A stretch of DNA of 48,405 nt from Dehalococcoidia bacterium. GTDB taxonomy: Bacteria > Chloroflexota > Dehalococcoidia > Lucifugimonadales > UBA3495. The translations under genes were made by a program, and so were the position numbers. The notes beneath the pieces are model-generated. The model searched no databases. It was not told the origin of the DNA and worked only from the letters and a program-made list of their open reading frames with translations. The DNA is taken from contig JASLXV010000068.1 in the NCBI GenBank assembly GCA_030740155.1, positions 1 to 48,405 of the forward strand, written 5' to 3'. Positions 1 to 7,624 of this stretch are shown piece after piece (positions within the stretch are counted from its first letter, which is position 1; each line of letters begins with the position of its first letter).

Positions 1-237
1 ATAGGCAACTCCGGCTATTGCTTTCGACGGGTAGGGCTGAGAAGGATTGTTGCCATGCCGGTAATATAGAGGCCATGTCTGAGGGGGGCCGAACGTGCGC
101 TTCTTGCCCCTACCATCGAACCAATGATGATCTTCGAAAAACCTGTCGGGACCGAGCCAGTCATATTCATCAAGGGCTTGTACCACACAATCTTTGTCGG
201 TTAAGCCAGATAGCAATGGCCGTTCTTGTGTAGTCAT
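1..237 (-). CDS. Partial CDS (runs off window): N-terminal head domain of the type found in ScoMcrA-like HNH restriction nucleases and McrB-like ATPases
   Basis: Manual translation from ATG at 237 (preceded by GGGGATAAG) gives 79 open codons, MTTQERPLLSGLTDKDCVVQALDEYDWLGPDRFFEDHH...PYPSKAIAGVAY. This matches the remembered 'A..E.D.LG...F...YxSKAIxGVA' pattern. Not in the ORF track because its stop lies outside the window. Confidence 0.6.
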   Translation of the reverse strand, partial: MTTQERPLLSGLTDKDCVVQALDEYDWLGPDRFFEDHHWFDGRGKKRTFGPPQTWPLYYRHGNNPSQPYPSKAIAGVAY

Positions 238-265
238 AATCTTATCCCCCGGTTAGAGTGAACGC

Positions 266-1258
266 CTACATTGTATTCGACCTGCGGGCGTCGCGGTTGA
301 CGAAGTAGGGCAGCTGGTCTCCCTTGGTAGGCCACCATCTACCGATTAAGCCGAACACCACCGGCGACGCTAGCACCAGCAAAACGATGGCCGTGTACAA
401 CTCCGTTTGCAAAGCAGTCGGATCGAAAGTTGTATCCCAACCTTGCTCAATAGCCCACCAACCGAGTAGAGCTGCAAGGGCATTGTTGAGGCTATGCACG
501 GCGATCGGAATCAATATTGTTCGAGTGCGCATGTAGAGAGCGCAGCTGGCTACGCCAAAAACGAACGCCCCCACCCACGCCATATCGTGCAGCGAGGCGA
601 ACATTAGGGACGAAACTATGATTCCAGCGGTGGTTCCCCACTTAAGGCTCAGCCTCGGGAATACCAGCATCCGGAAAAATATCTCCTCAACTAGAGGGGC
701 AATCACCACCAATGTTGCGACCATGAGGATGTTGTAGAGAACAGGATCAGCCACGTCTTGCCTGGTCAGGAACAAACGCTGGTTGAGAAACTCCTGGTAC
801 GCCTCGGGCCAGTGGATGGCTATCGGATAATAAGTGATCCACTCGGCGGAGAGGGAATACGCAATCATTCCAACAACCAAGAAAATGGCGGATCGCCAGC
901 TATAGTGTGAAGGAATGTGTCCAGTCAGATGCTCGAGGACCAACTTGCCCCGGCCGATTGCCCAAACCGAACAGAGGGTCAAACCACCATACGTCAGAAC
1001 CGTAACGACCAAAAGGGCGTGGAACAGTTGGTCGAAGAAGACCGCCGGCACTGCGCTGAAAAAAACCAAAGCGAAGGCAGCAAAATACCAACCTACACCT
1101 ACTGCGTTAAATAAAGCGGGTGGAGCCTGGGGCAGGTCCGATAGTGAAGCTCCACAATCAGTGCAGAATCTAGATTCCGCTTGGGAGCTCGTGCCACACC
1201 GTGTGCAGTACACCAACACCTCGTTAGTTCCCGACAGTTCGCTCTGAGGCAAATCCAT
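266..1258 (-). CDS. CPBP (CAAX/Abi) family intramembrane metalloprotease with N-terminal zinc ribbon
   Basis: CxxC...CxxC ribbon (CTRCG...FCTDCG), multiple TM helices, EExxFR (PLVEEIFFR), FASLH and HSLNN motifs. Confidence 0.9.
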   Translation of the reverse strand: MDLPQSELSGTNEVLVYCTRCGTSSQAESRFCTDCGASLSDLPQAPPALFNAVGVGWYFAAFALVFFSAVPAVFFDQLFHALLVVTVLTYGGLTLCSVWAIGRGKLVLEHLTGHIPSHYSWRSAIFLVVGMIAYSLSAEWITYYPIAIHWPEAYQEFLNQRLFLTRQDVADPVLYNILMVATLVVIAPLVEEIFFRMLVFPRLSLKWGTTAGIIVSSLMFASLHDMAWVGAFVFGVASCALYMRTRTILIPIAVHSLNNALAALLGWWAIEQGWDTTFDPTALQTELYTAIVLLVLASPVVFGLIGRWWPTKGDQLPYFVNRDARRSNTM

Positions 1259-1288
1259 CAGGGGGGTCAGGTCAAAGCACTCAACCCA

Positions 1289-1459
1289 TCAGGCTTCGGG
1301 GCTCACCTCCCACCGTACATCATATGTCGGCGGGCAGCAATCGAGGAGGTACTGATAGGCGTAGGTGTATTGCTCCAGCGCAGTGTCGAGGGCGGCTTGC
1401 TTGCGCTTGGAGGGGTTATGGACCTTGAACTTGGCTGTCAGGAAGACCGAAGCGGGCAT
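1289..1459 (-). pseudogene. N-terminal remnant of a TnpB/Cas12-like protein
   Basis: MPASVFLTAKFKVHNPSKRKQAALDTALEQYTYAYQYLLD resembles the beta-strand/Pro/long-helix start of TnpB/Cas12f proteins. The ORF stops after ~56 aa and has no RuvC domain. Confidence 0.45.
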
Positions 1460-1622
1460 ATGCCGATGATCCATTCAATGGAGACTACCGGGTCCCCAAC
1501 ATAATAGCAGGGATCAACATCGGGCAATACCCCCGGTGCAGACGGCGGTCACCAGGGGTGAAGAGAAGGATTAAGAGGGCCGTTCGGTCCACAATGAAAA
1601 CAGCCGGGTAATCCCGACCGTT

Positions 1623-1642
1623 TTTGCAACCTATTTGCAACC
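1623..1642 (+). repeat. Tandem direct repeat TTTGCAACC x2, possible integrase arm-type binding sites
   Basis: TTTGCAACC at 1623-1631 and 1634-1642, ~120 bp inside the att site. Confidence 0.4.
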
Positions 1643-1761
1643 AAACTCTGCGTTATGGGATAACACTAGGCATCACGCCAGGCATAAATATGGATTTAGG
1701 TAACGGATGGGATGTTCTAATAACGTGACTGGCGACATAGAACAAGACATGGCCCCTCGCA

Positions 1762-1806
1762 CTCTCAAGGCGGAGATCGCGGGTTCGAATCCCGCACGCG
1801 CTACCA
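1762..1806 (+). mobile_element. att site: duplicated 3' half of tRNA-Glu(CTC), right boundary of an integrated element
   Basis: CTCTCAA anticodon loop, GGCGG, T arm GCGGG-TTCGAAT-CCCGC and acceptor 3' strand ending CCA are present. Upstream there is no complementary 5' anticodon stem, D arm or 5' acceptor strand. Confidence 0.8.
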
Positions 1807-1824
1807 AATCTAGGCACGAATTAG

Positions 1825-1853
1825 GCCCCCGGAGTGGTCCGGGGGCTCTTTTT
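1825..1853 (+). terminator. Intrinsic terminator, likely the original tRNA terminator
   Basis: GCCCCCGGA-gtgg-TCCGGGGGC followed by TCTTTTT. Confidence 0.8.
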
Positions 1854-2035
1854 GTGGGTTTTGTCGCCAGATTGTTGCTGATGGTTTCAGTGTGTGTTGC
1901 CAACAGCATCCGGGGCCAGCGCCGAGTCAAACCCGCCAGTACCGCGACCTAGAAGGCCGCGTGCGGCAGGAGTACTTGGGGCGGATCTGGGTGTCCGAGG
2001 GAGTTGGCCACGCCCGGATCGCGAAAGTGAGGGCC

Positions 2036-2536
2036 CTAAGGTTTCGCCTCGAATCCGGTGACCGCCCAGAACACCCAACCATCGATCAACTCTTGGTTGG
2101 AGTACGATATCGTCGCTGGGAAACCGTACTTCCCGTCAAGCTCGATGCTCGTCCACCTTCCACCGTCCCGTTCAGATTGGGATTCGGCGGCCTTGAACAA
2201 TCCCGGAACGGTGAAATCCACGGCATCGAACTCCCGGAGGGTGCAGGGATTACGATAATCCGCGAGGGCGGGGAAGCATTCAGCCGTAGCTTCAGCGACT
2301 TCCCCGTTGGCAACCGAGACTCTATGAGTTTGGTCACTGAAAGTGCTGACCTTTCTTACCTCGATTTCGTAGTCGAGCATTCCTTGCTGATCCCACTTGA
2401 CCCGGGCCTCGCCCAGGTCGACCTACGGGATTGCCGGGGGCGACGCCGTTGGGGCCAGTTCCGTGTCCGGAACAGAGCACGCCAGGGCCACCAACCCAGC
2501 CAGGGCGGACGCAATGATGAATATTCGGTATTTCAC
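2036..2536 (-). pseudogene. DUF6174-like lipoprotein interrupted by an in-frame TAG
   Basis: Signal peptide/lipobox (VKYRIFIIASALAGLVALAC), TAG at 2423-2425, then the same frame continues VDLGEARVKWDQQGMLDYEIEV...TVPGLF...YGFPATI...DGW. Confidence 0.6.
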
Positions 2537-2969
2537 GGGTTCATTATGGGTCGTTGAAATCCGCTTGGCTAGCACCGGTTCTAGTCCTGGTCCACCGGCT
2601 CGCCGAAGAAGGAGCGCGGGGCTACGAAACTCCGCCGTCTCCACGGGCGCCATCGTTGAGATTTGCAAACGGATAAACCAAGCTGACTCACCGGGTGGGA
2701 GCGAGTGGAGGAGAGATTTGTCGAATGGAGCGACTGGCCCCCTCCGAGGGAACCACCAGGTTCAATTCCTGTTGATGAAATGCCGGCAGTAGTTTGCCAA
2801 CGTCTTGTCGGTGCCATTCCCGTCAACGGACGAACACTGGCCGACCGCACATTTCAGAAACGGAAGCCGGGCGGAGTATTCCGGCATCCCTACTCAACAA
2901 GATTGAACAACAGCGCCGGCAAATATACTGCGGGGCCCGAGTGACCCGGCCGGACCTCGAGGCTAATCT

Positions 2970-3395
2970 CTAGCCTTGAGTCTGCCACTTCTTGCCCACC
3001 TCGTCGGGTTTCATCATGCGAAAGGTGCGCGTCTTTTCCAGCAGGCGCCCGTCTTCATCGGTGGCGGTGGCCTCGACGACCACGTAGGGTTTGTCACGCC
3101 GCCAATACTTGTTGGAGATTCGGCTGGTTACCTTGATCTTCTTGCCGGGGATGGGCGGGTTGTAGAACTCCAATTCGGACCCGGCGTTGACTCCATCGGT
3201 ATTCTCCTGGAATGCCATGAAGAATGCCGAGCTGTCGTGCCTGGCCGCGATCGTCGGGAAGGGCGCGCCGGCATCTTCAACCGCCCGCCTGAAGCCGTCC
3301 AGCATCTCTTGGGTCAGGTCGTACTCGTACGAAATCAAATCCTCGCCGATCTGGGTCCCGTCGAAGTCGAACTTCCTGTGCTGTGGGCTTACCAT
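2970..3395 (-). CDS. MaoC-like hotdog-fold dehydratase family protein
   Basis: GVNAGSELEFYNPPIPGKKIKVTSRISNKYWRRDKPYVVVE hotdog pattern; GAGGAG RBS upstream. Confidence 0.75.
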   Translation of the reverse strand: MVSPQHRKFDFDGTQIGEDLISYEYDLTQEMLDGFRRAVEDAGAPFPTIAARHDSSAFFMAFQENTDGVNAGSELEFYNPPIPGKKIKVTSRISNKYWRRDKPYVVVEATATDEDGRLLEKTRTFRMMKPDEVGKKWQTQG

Positions 3396-3791
3396 ACGCC
3401 TCGGCTCCTCTCAGGTGCATCGTGCACGAATACCTATAACATGCTCCTGGGAGGTAGTCAATGTGGCTCCCATATAGGCGGTCGGGTTTCTAGTCAGGCC
3501 TGTTTCGGACCCAAGTATGAAAAAACAGGTGACGGGCCCTCGGCCTGCTTAGAGGCTCTACTATCGCTGGCCGGTATTCAGTGGTAGAATCGAAGCTGCG
3601 ACTTGGCGCCGCCCCGCTTCGGCCGACGGCGCCATGCTATCTGCCACGTCTACCCTGGCCTGAGGCGGTGCGAAATCCGGCCCAGGACTTGACCATATAG
3701 TTTGGGCCTTCGGTTGGCTCGGTGGGCTGGAAAATATCTCCGGCGGGCCGGTGGCGGACGCCAACACGTTTTCCAACTAGGTCTGCTGCCC

Positions 3792-3821
3792 TTGACGGGG
3801 AATTTCGGAAGCCCATATAAT
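3792..3821 (+). promoter_or_regulatory. sigma70-type promoter of the rpmH operon
   Basis: TTGACG-N18-TATAAT, 25 nt upstream of the rpmH ATG. Confidence 0.7.
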
Positions 3822-3846
3822 CACTTGCACGGAGTGTGGCCCACCA

Positions 3847-3984
3847 ATGCCTAAACGCACGTATCAACCAAAGAAGCGCCGCCGGGCCCGAGTTCACGGG
3901 TTCCGGGCTCGCTCTAGCACATCCGACGGCCGGGCCGTATTGCGGCGGCGCCGGTTCAAAGGACGTCACAAGTTGACGGTCTGA
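3847..3984 (+). CDS. rpmH: 50S ribosomal protein L34
   Basis: Manual translation [45 protein letters not shown] (45 aa, below the ORF-track cutoff); directly upstream of rnpA. Confidence 0.97.
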   Translation: MPKRTYQPKKRRRARVHGFRARSSTSDGRAVLRRRRFKGRHKLTV

Positions 3985-4000
3985 GTCCTGGTCTCAGCCG

Positions 4001-4372
4001 ATGCAAAGCAGGTCCCGCCTGACTGGAAACAAACGGTTCTCTGAGATCCACCGAGAAGGCGGCAGCGTAGCCAACCGTTTACTGGTCATCCGTTTCCTCG
4101 CCAATGGACTCGATCAGAGCCGTTTTGGGTTCATGGTCAGCAAGCGGATCGGAAATGCCGTGGTTCGGAACCGGGTGAAACGCCGGTTGCGGGATGCGGT
4201 CCGGCGTAACCGGGTCAAGGCCGGGTGGGATGCCGTGTTCATCGCCCGGCGAGGGACTGAAAAGGCCGGCTACCGGGACCTGAGCCAGGCCGCCGACAAC
4301 CTGTTGAGGCGAAGCCATTTGGTGGACGGCGGGGGCAGTATCGCCAACGCCGGCGCGAGAACTCCTGAATGA
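4001..4372 (+). CDS. rnpA: Ribonuclease P protein component
   Basis: RFGFMVSKRIGNAVVRNRVKRRLR RNR motif; synteny. Confidence 0.97.
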   Translation: MQSRSRLTGNKRFSEIHREGGSVANRLLVIRFLANGLDQSRFGFMVSKRIGNAVVRNRVKRRLRDAVRRNRVKAGWDAVFIARRGTEKAGYRDLSQAADNLLRRSHLVDGGGSIANAGARTPE

Positions 4373-4578
4373 AGCACGTCGTGCTCTTGACCATCGGATT
4401 GTACCAAAAGGCCGTGTCGCCTTTCCTGCCTTCGGTGTGCCGGTACACTCCGTCGTGCTCTCATTTCTCGCAGGAGGCGGTCGAAAAGTACGGAGCCGTC
4501 AAGGGCGGCTGGCTCGGGCTAAAACGCCTCGCCCGGTGCCGGCCATTGGGTGGAAAAGGATTCGACCCGGTACCATGA
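4369..4578 (+). CDS. yidD: Membrane protein insertion efficiency factor YidD
   Basis: CRYTPSCS...YG..KG...RLARCRP..GG.DPVP pattern; ATGA overlap with rnpA. Confidence 0.95.
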   Translation: MKHVVLLTIGLYQKAVSPFLPSVCRYTPSCSHFSQEAVEKYGAVKGGWLGLKRLARCRPLGGKGFDPVP

Positions 4579-4588
4579 ACCTATAAGA

Positions 4589-5872
4589 ATGCAGTTTTCT
4601 CTTAATTTATTGCGAAGCTCCAAACATTCTCTCCCGGCGTTCAACACCCGTCCAGCGGCCCGGCCGGCGCCATCAAAGGCGAAGCGGGCCAAACTGGGCC
4701 TAATCCTGCTTGGGTTCATCGCGTTGGTGTTGCTGCTGAGCGGCTGCACCGGTAGCCGTCTGCGCGGTTCCAGCGACGGTTGGTCTCCAGCCGCTTCCAG
4801 CGACGGGGTCGTTTACGTTGGGACCAAGCAAGGGGAGGTTAAAGCCCTGGAAGACGAGGGTTCCGGCCGGTTGCAGTTGATATGGTCCTACTGCGTCGAG
4901 TGGCAATCCGCGGCCAGAGAGGTTTGTGAAAACGGGCTCGGCGGATCCTTCGACTCCCCGACGGTGGGCGCAGACCTCGTGTATGTAGGCGGCCTTGACG
5001 GGTTCCTTTACGGCATCGACAAACAAACCGGCACGGTACAGGACAGGGGATGGCGCCGCCCGGTGGGGCAGGGCCCGGAGTTGCAGTCCCTGATATCCGG
5101 GCCGGCGCTGGACCAGGTCCGGAACCTGGTCGTAGTTGGCTCAGAGGACGGTAACCTCTACGCCTTCGATTCCAGGCCCAAGACCTTTGAAGGGGGCACC
5201 AGCGAACCGTTGCGCTGGGTCTTCACCACCGGAGACAAGATATGGTCGACACCGGTCATCCGGGACGGTGTCGTCTACTTCGGCTCCCACGACAAGAAGG
5301 TTTATGCCGTGGACCTGGCCAGCGGTGAGGAATTGTGGCAATTCACCACCGGCGGCGTGGTGGCCGGGCGTCCGCTCCTTTTTAGCGGTCTGGTGATTGT
5401 CGGCTCGTTCGATAAGGTGCTCTACGCCCTGGATGCCCGTGACGGCTCCCTGCGCTGGCAAGTACAGGGGTCCAACTGGTTCTGGGCCGGGGCCGTCGCC
5501 GATGAGAAAACCATCTTCGCCCCGTCCATGGATGGCAACATTTACGCCATAGACGCCAATGGCACCCTGCTCTGGAAGCACGACATGGGTTCCCCAATCG
5601 TGTCCCGGCCGGTCCTTGTGCCCCGCGGCCTGGCAGTGGCGGGGAAGAACGGGAAGGTCAGCCTGCTTAACACCGGCCAGGCGGCCATCGGGCTCAAGCG
5701 GGAGATTTCCGCGCTGAACCTCCCAGACCTGGAGGTCAAGGCGCCGCTCTTCGCGGATGGGGAAGCCGTGTTTGTAGGCGCCCAGGACAGCACCATTCGC
5801 CGCATAGATCTCTTGGCTTTCACCGGCGTGAAATGGTGCTTCGATACCGAGAGTAACTCAAGTTGTGACTAA
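4589..5872 (+). CDS. PQQ-like beta-propeller repeat lipoprotein (BamB-like fold)
   Basis: Lipobox LLLSGC; repeated VYxGSxDGxLYAxDxxxGxxxW blades. Start codon uncertain. Confidence 0.85.
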   Translation: MQFSLNLLRSSKHSLPAFNTRPAARPAPSKAKRAKLGLILLGFIALVLLLSGCTGSRLRGSSDGWSPAASSDGVVYVGTKQGEVKALEDEGSGRLQLIWSYCVEWQSAAREVCENGLGGSFDSPTVGADLVYVGGLDGFLYGIDKQTGTVQDRGWRRPVGQGPELQSLISGPALDQVRNLVVVGSEDGNLYAFDSRPKTFEGGTSEPLRWVFTTGDKIWSTPVIRDGVVYFGSHDKKVYAVDLASGEELWQFTTGGVVAGRPLLFSGLVIVGSFDKVLYALDARDGSLRWQVQGSNWFWAGAVADEKTIFAPSMDGNIYAIDANGTLLWKHDMGSPIVSRPVLVPRGLAVAGKNGKVSLLNTGQAAIGLKREISALNLPDLEVKAPLFADGEAVFVGAQDSTIRRIDLLAFTGVKWCFDTESNSSCD

Positions 5873-5903
5873 CCTTGAACCTTCCGTGATGAGGTAGGGC
5901 TCT

Positions 5904-6821
5904 TTGGAAGCCTTCGATTTCATTTGGACCGAATTCATCATCCGGCCGATGCTCAACACCCTGATGGTGTTGTACTCCATCAGCTTCAAACAGATGGGCA
6001 TCGCCATTATTCTGTTCACCATCATTGTCCGGCTAGTGACCCTGCCCCTCACCCTGAAGCAGATCCGCCAGATGCGGGCGATGAGCTTGCTTCAGCCCAA
6101 GCTCAAGGAACTCCAAACCCGCTACGCTAAAGACCGGGCTCGCATCTCCCAAGAGACGATGCGGATGTACCGGGAAGCCGGAGTCAATCCCATCGGATGT
6201 TTGGGGCCGCTGGTGGTGCAGATGCCGATCCTCATCGGACTGTTCCGCGTGCTGGTCCAGACCTTGTTTTCCCGGCCCGACAACCTGGTGGGGCTTTCGG
6301 AGAAACTGTATACCTGGATCCCGGTGTTTCCGATCTACGCGTCCGCCCCGTTGGATCCCAGTTTCTTGTGGCTGGACTTGGCGGAGCCGGACCCTACCAG
6401 TTTTCTGATACCCGTTATGGTGTTCGTCAGCACCTGGGTCCAGCAGAAGATGACCATGACCCCCGCGACGGATCCGCGACAGCAGGGCAATCAGACCATG
6501 ATGCTGTGGATGATGCCGTTGCTTATCGCCTTCTTCTCTTTTACCTTCCCCAGCGGGTTATCCCTGTATTGGATCGTTTCCAACGTTATCGGCGTGGCCG
6601 TACAATATTTTATTACCGGGTGGGGCTCCCTGTTCCCGCTTTTCCCCAAAGCGACGCCAGAACCGACCCCGGTCCAGGCAACGCGGGATGAGGCACCCGA
6701 GGAGATGGGAGACAATGGAAGCACTCAATATGAGCGCCCGAACCGTCGACGAAGCCATCGAGCTGGCGCTGAAAGAGCTAGACGCCGACCGAGACGAGGC
6801 CGAGGTAGAAATATTAAGTAG
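5904..6821 (+). CDS. yidC: Membrane protein insertase YidC (short, monoderm type)
   Basis: GIAIILFTIIVRLVTLPL, LQPKLKELQ, GVNPIGCLGPLVVQMPI, PSGLSLYWIVSN motifs. Confidence 0.96.
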   Translation: MEAFDFIWTEFIIRPMLNTLMVLYSISFKQMGIAIILFTIIVRLVTLPLTLKQIRQMRAMSLLQPKLKELQTRYAKDRARISQETMRMYREAGVNPIGCLGPLVVQMPILIGLFRVLVQTLFSRPDNLVGLSEKLYTWIPVFPIYASAPLDPSFLWLDLAEPDPTSFLIPVMVFVSTWVQQKMTMTPATDPRQQGNQTMMLWMMPLLIAFFSFTFPSGLSLYWIVSNVIGVAVQYFITGWGSLFPLFPKATPEPTPVQATRDEAPEEMGDNGSTQYERPNRRRSHRAGAERARRRPRRGRGRNIK

Positions 6822-7359
6822 GGGCAAGTCGGGCTTCCTAGGTATCGGTGCCGAGCTAGCGCGGGTACGGGTTACCAGAATCACCCAAGGCACCAGCGCC
6901 GCCGCCTTGGCCTTGGAAACAGTTAGCCGCATCCTGCAGGCCGCCAACGTCGACGTCACCCGAACCCTTCGAGCGGCCCACGACCCGGACGTTGGAGGCC
7001 CAATTGTCGACCTCTCGGGAGACGACTCCGGCCTCCTGATCGGACGCCGCGGGCAGACCCTCCAGTCCCTCCAGTTCCTGGTCAACCTGATCGTACGGAA
7101 GAAGTTAGGACAGGAGGTGCGCGTGGTTCTCGACGTGGAGCGCTACCGCCAACGCCGGGAGACCTCGCTGCGGGATATGGCCAACAAGGTGGCTGCCCGG
7201 GTCATCCAGAGCGGCCGCAGCGTACCGTTGGAGCCGATGACTCCCGCCGACCGGCGAATCATTCACACCACACTGGCGGAAAATCCGGACGTCTCGACCG
7301 AAAGCACGGGCGAAGGGGACAACCGGAAGGTAACCATCATGCTCAAACGGAACGACTGA
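6715..7359 (+). CDS. jag: RNA-binding protein Jag/KhpB/EloR
   Basis: Jag_N (ARTVDEAIELAL...GFLGIG), KH (GLLIGRRGQTLQSLQ) and R3H (RRIIH) domains; ATG 6715 after GGAG. Confidence 0.95.
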   Translation: MEALNMSARTVDEAIELALKELDADRDEAEVEILSRGKSGFLGIGAELARVRVTRITQGTSAAALALETVSRILQAANVDVTRTLRAAHDPDVGGPIVDLSGDDSGLLIGRRGQTLQSLQFLVNLIVRKKLGQEVRVVLDVERYRQRRETSLRDMANKVAARVIQSGRSVPLEPMTPADRRIIHTTLAENPDVSTESTGEGDNRKVTIMLKRND

Positions 7360-7444
7360 GGCCGAGATACCAACGGGGAATAGAAAGGCCACCCGGATTC
7401 GGCCGCGTTCAAACTGGGTGTATGGACAAAGAACACAGGGCTTG

Positions 7445-7491
7445 GAAGTGGCCTGGTTGACCCACTGAACGCGGGTCAACCAGGCCACTTC
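7445..7491 (+). terminator. Perfect 19-bp inverted repeat between jag and purF, probable terminator
   Basis: GAAGTGGCCTGGTTGACCC-actgaacgc-GGGTCAACCAGGCCACTTC; weak U tail. Confidence 0.55.
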
Positions 7492-7624
7492 TCTCGTCCG
7501 TCCTTCGAAAGAGGGCGCAGCCGGGAAGACCTTGCCGGGGAACTAGCCAGTCCGAGATAGTCGAAGCGGCGAAGGATTATCAAATGATGTTGACCTATTC
7601 AGCGGAAAAAAATAGAATAGTAGT

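Noticed and set aside
1735..1806. Complete tRNA-Glu gene
   Set aside because: No D arm, and no 5' strands complementary to the anticodon or acceptor stems; treated as an att fragment.
2423..2425. Pyrrolysine recoding
   Set aside because: Non-catalytic linker position, no pyl or methyltransferase context, and TAG is used as a normal stop elsewhere in the window.
2740..2772. tRNA-like T arm CAGG-TTCAATT-CCTG
   Set aside because: No surrounding cloverleaf or CCA end.
3400..3846. oriC/dnaA next to rpmH
   Set aside because: No dnaA ORF and no recognisable TTATCCACA boxes.
7495..7560. c-di-GMP-I riboswitch
   Set aside because: A GAAA tetraloop is present, but the GGCAAAC and GCAAAGC elements are missing.
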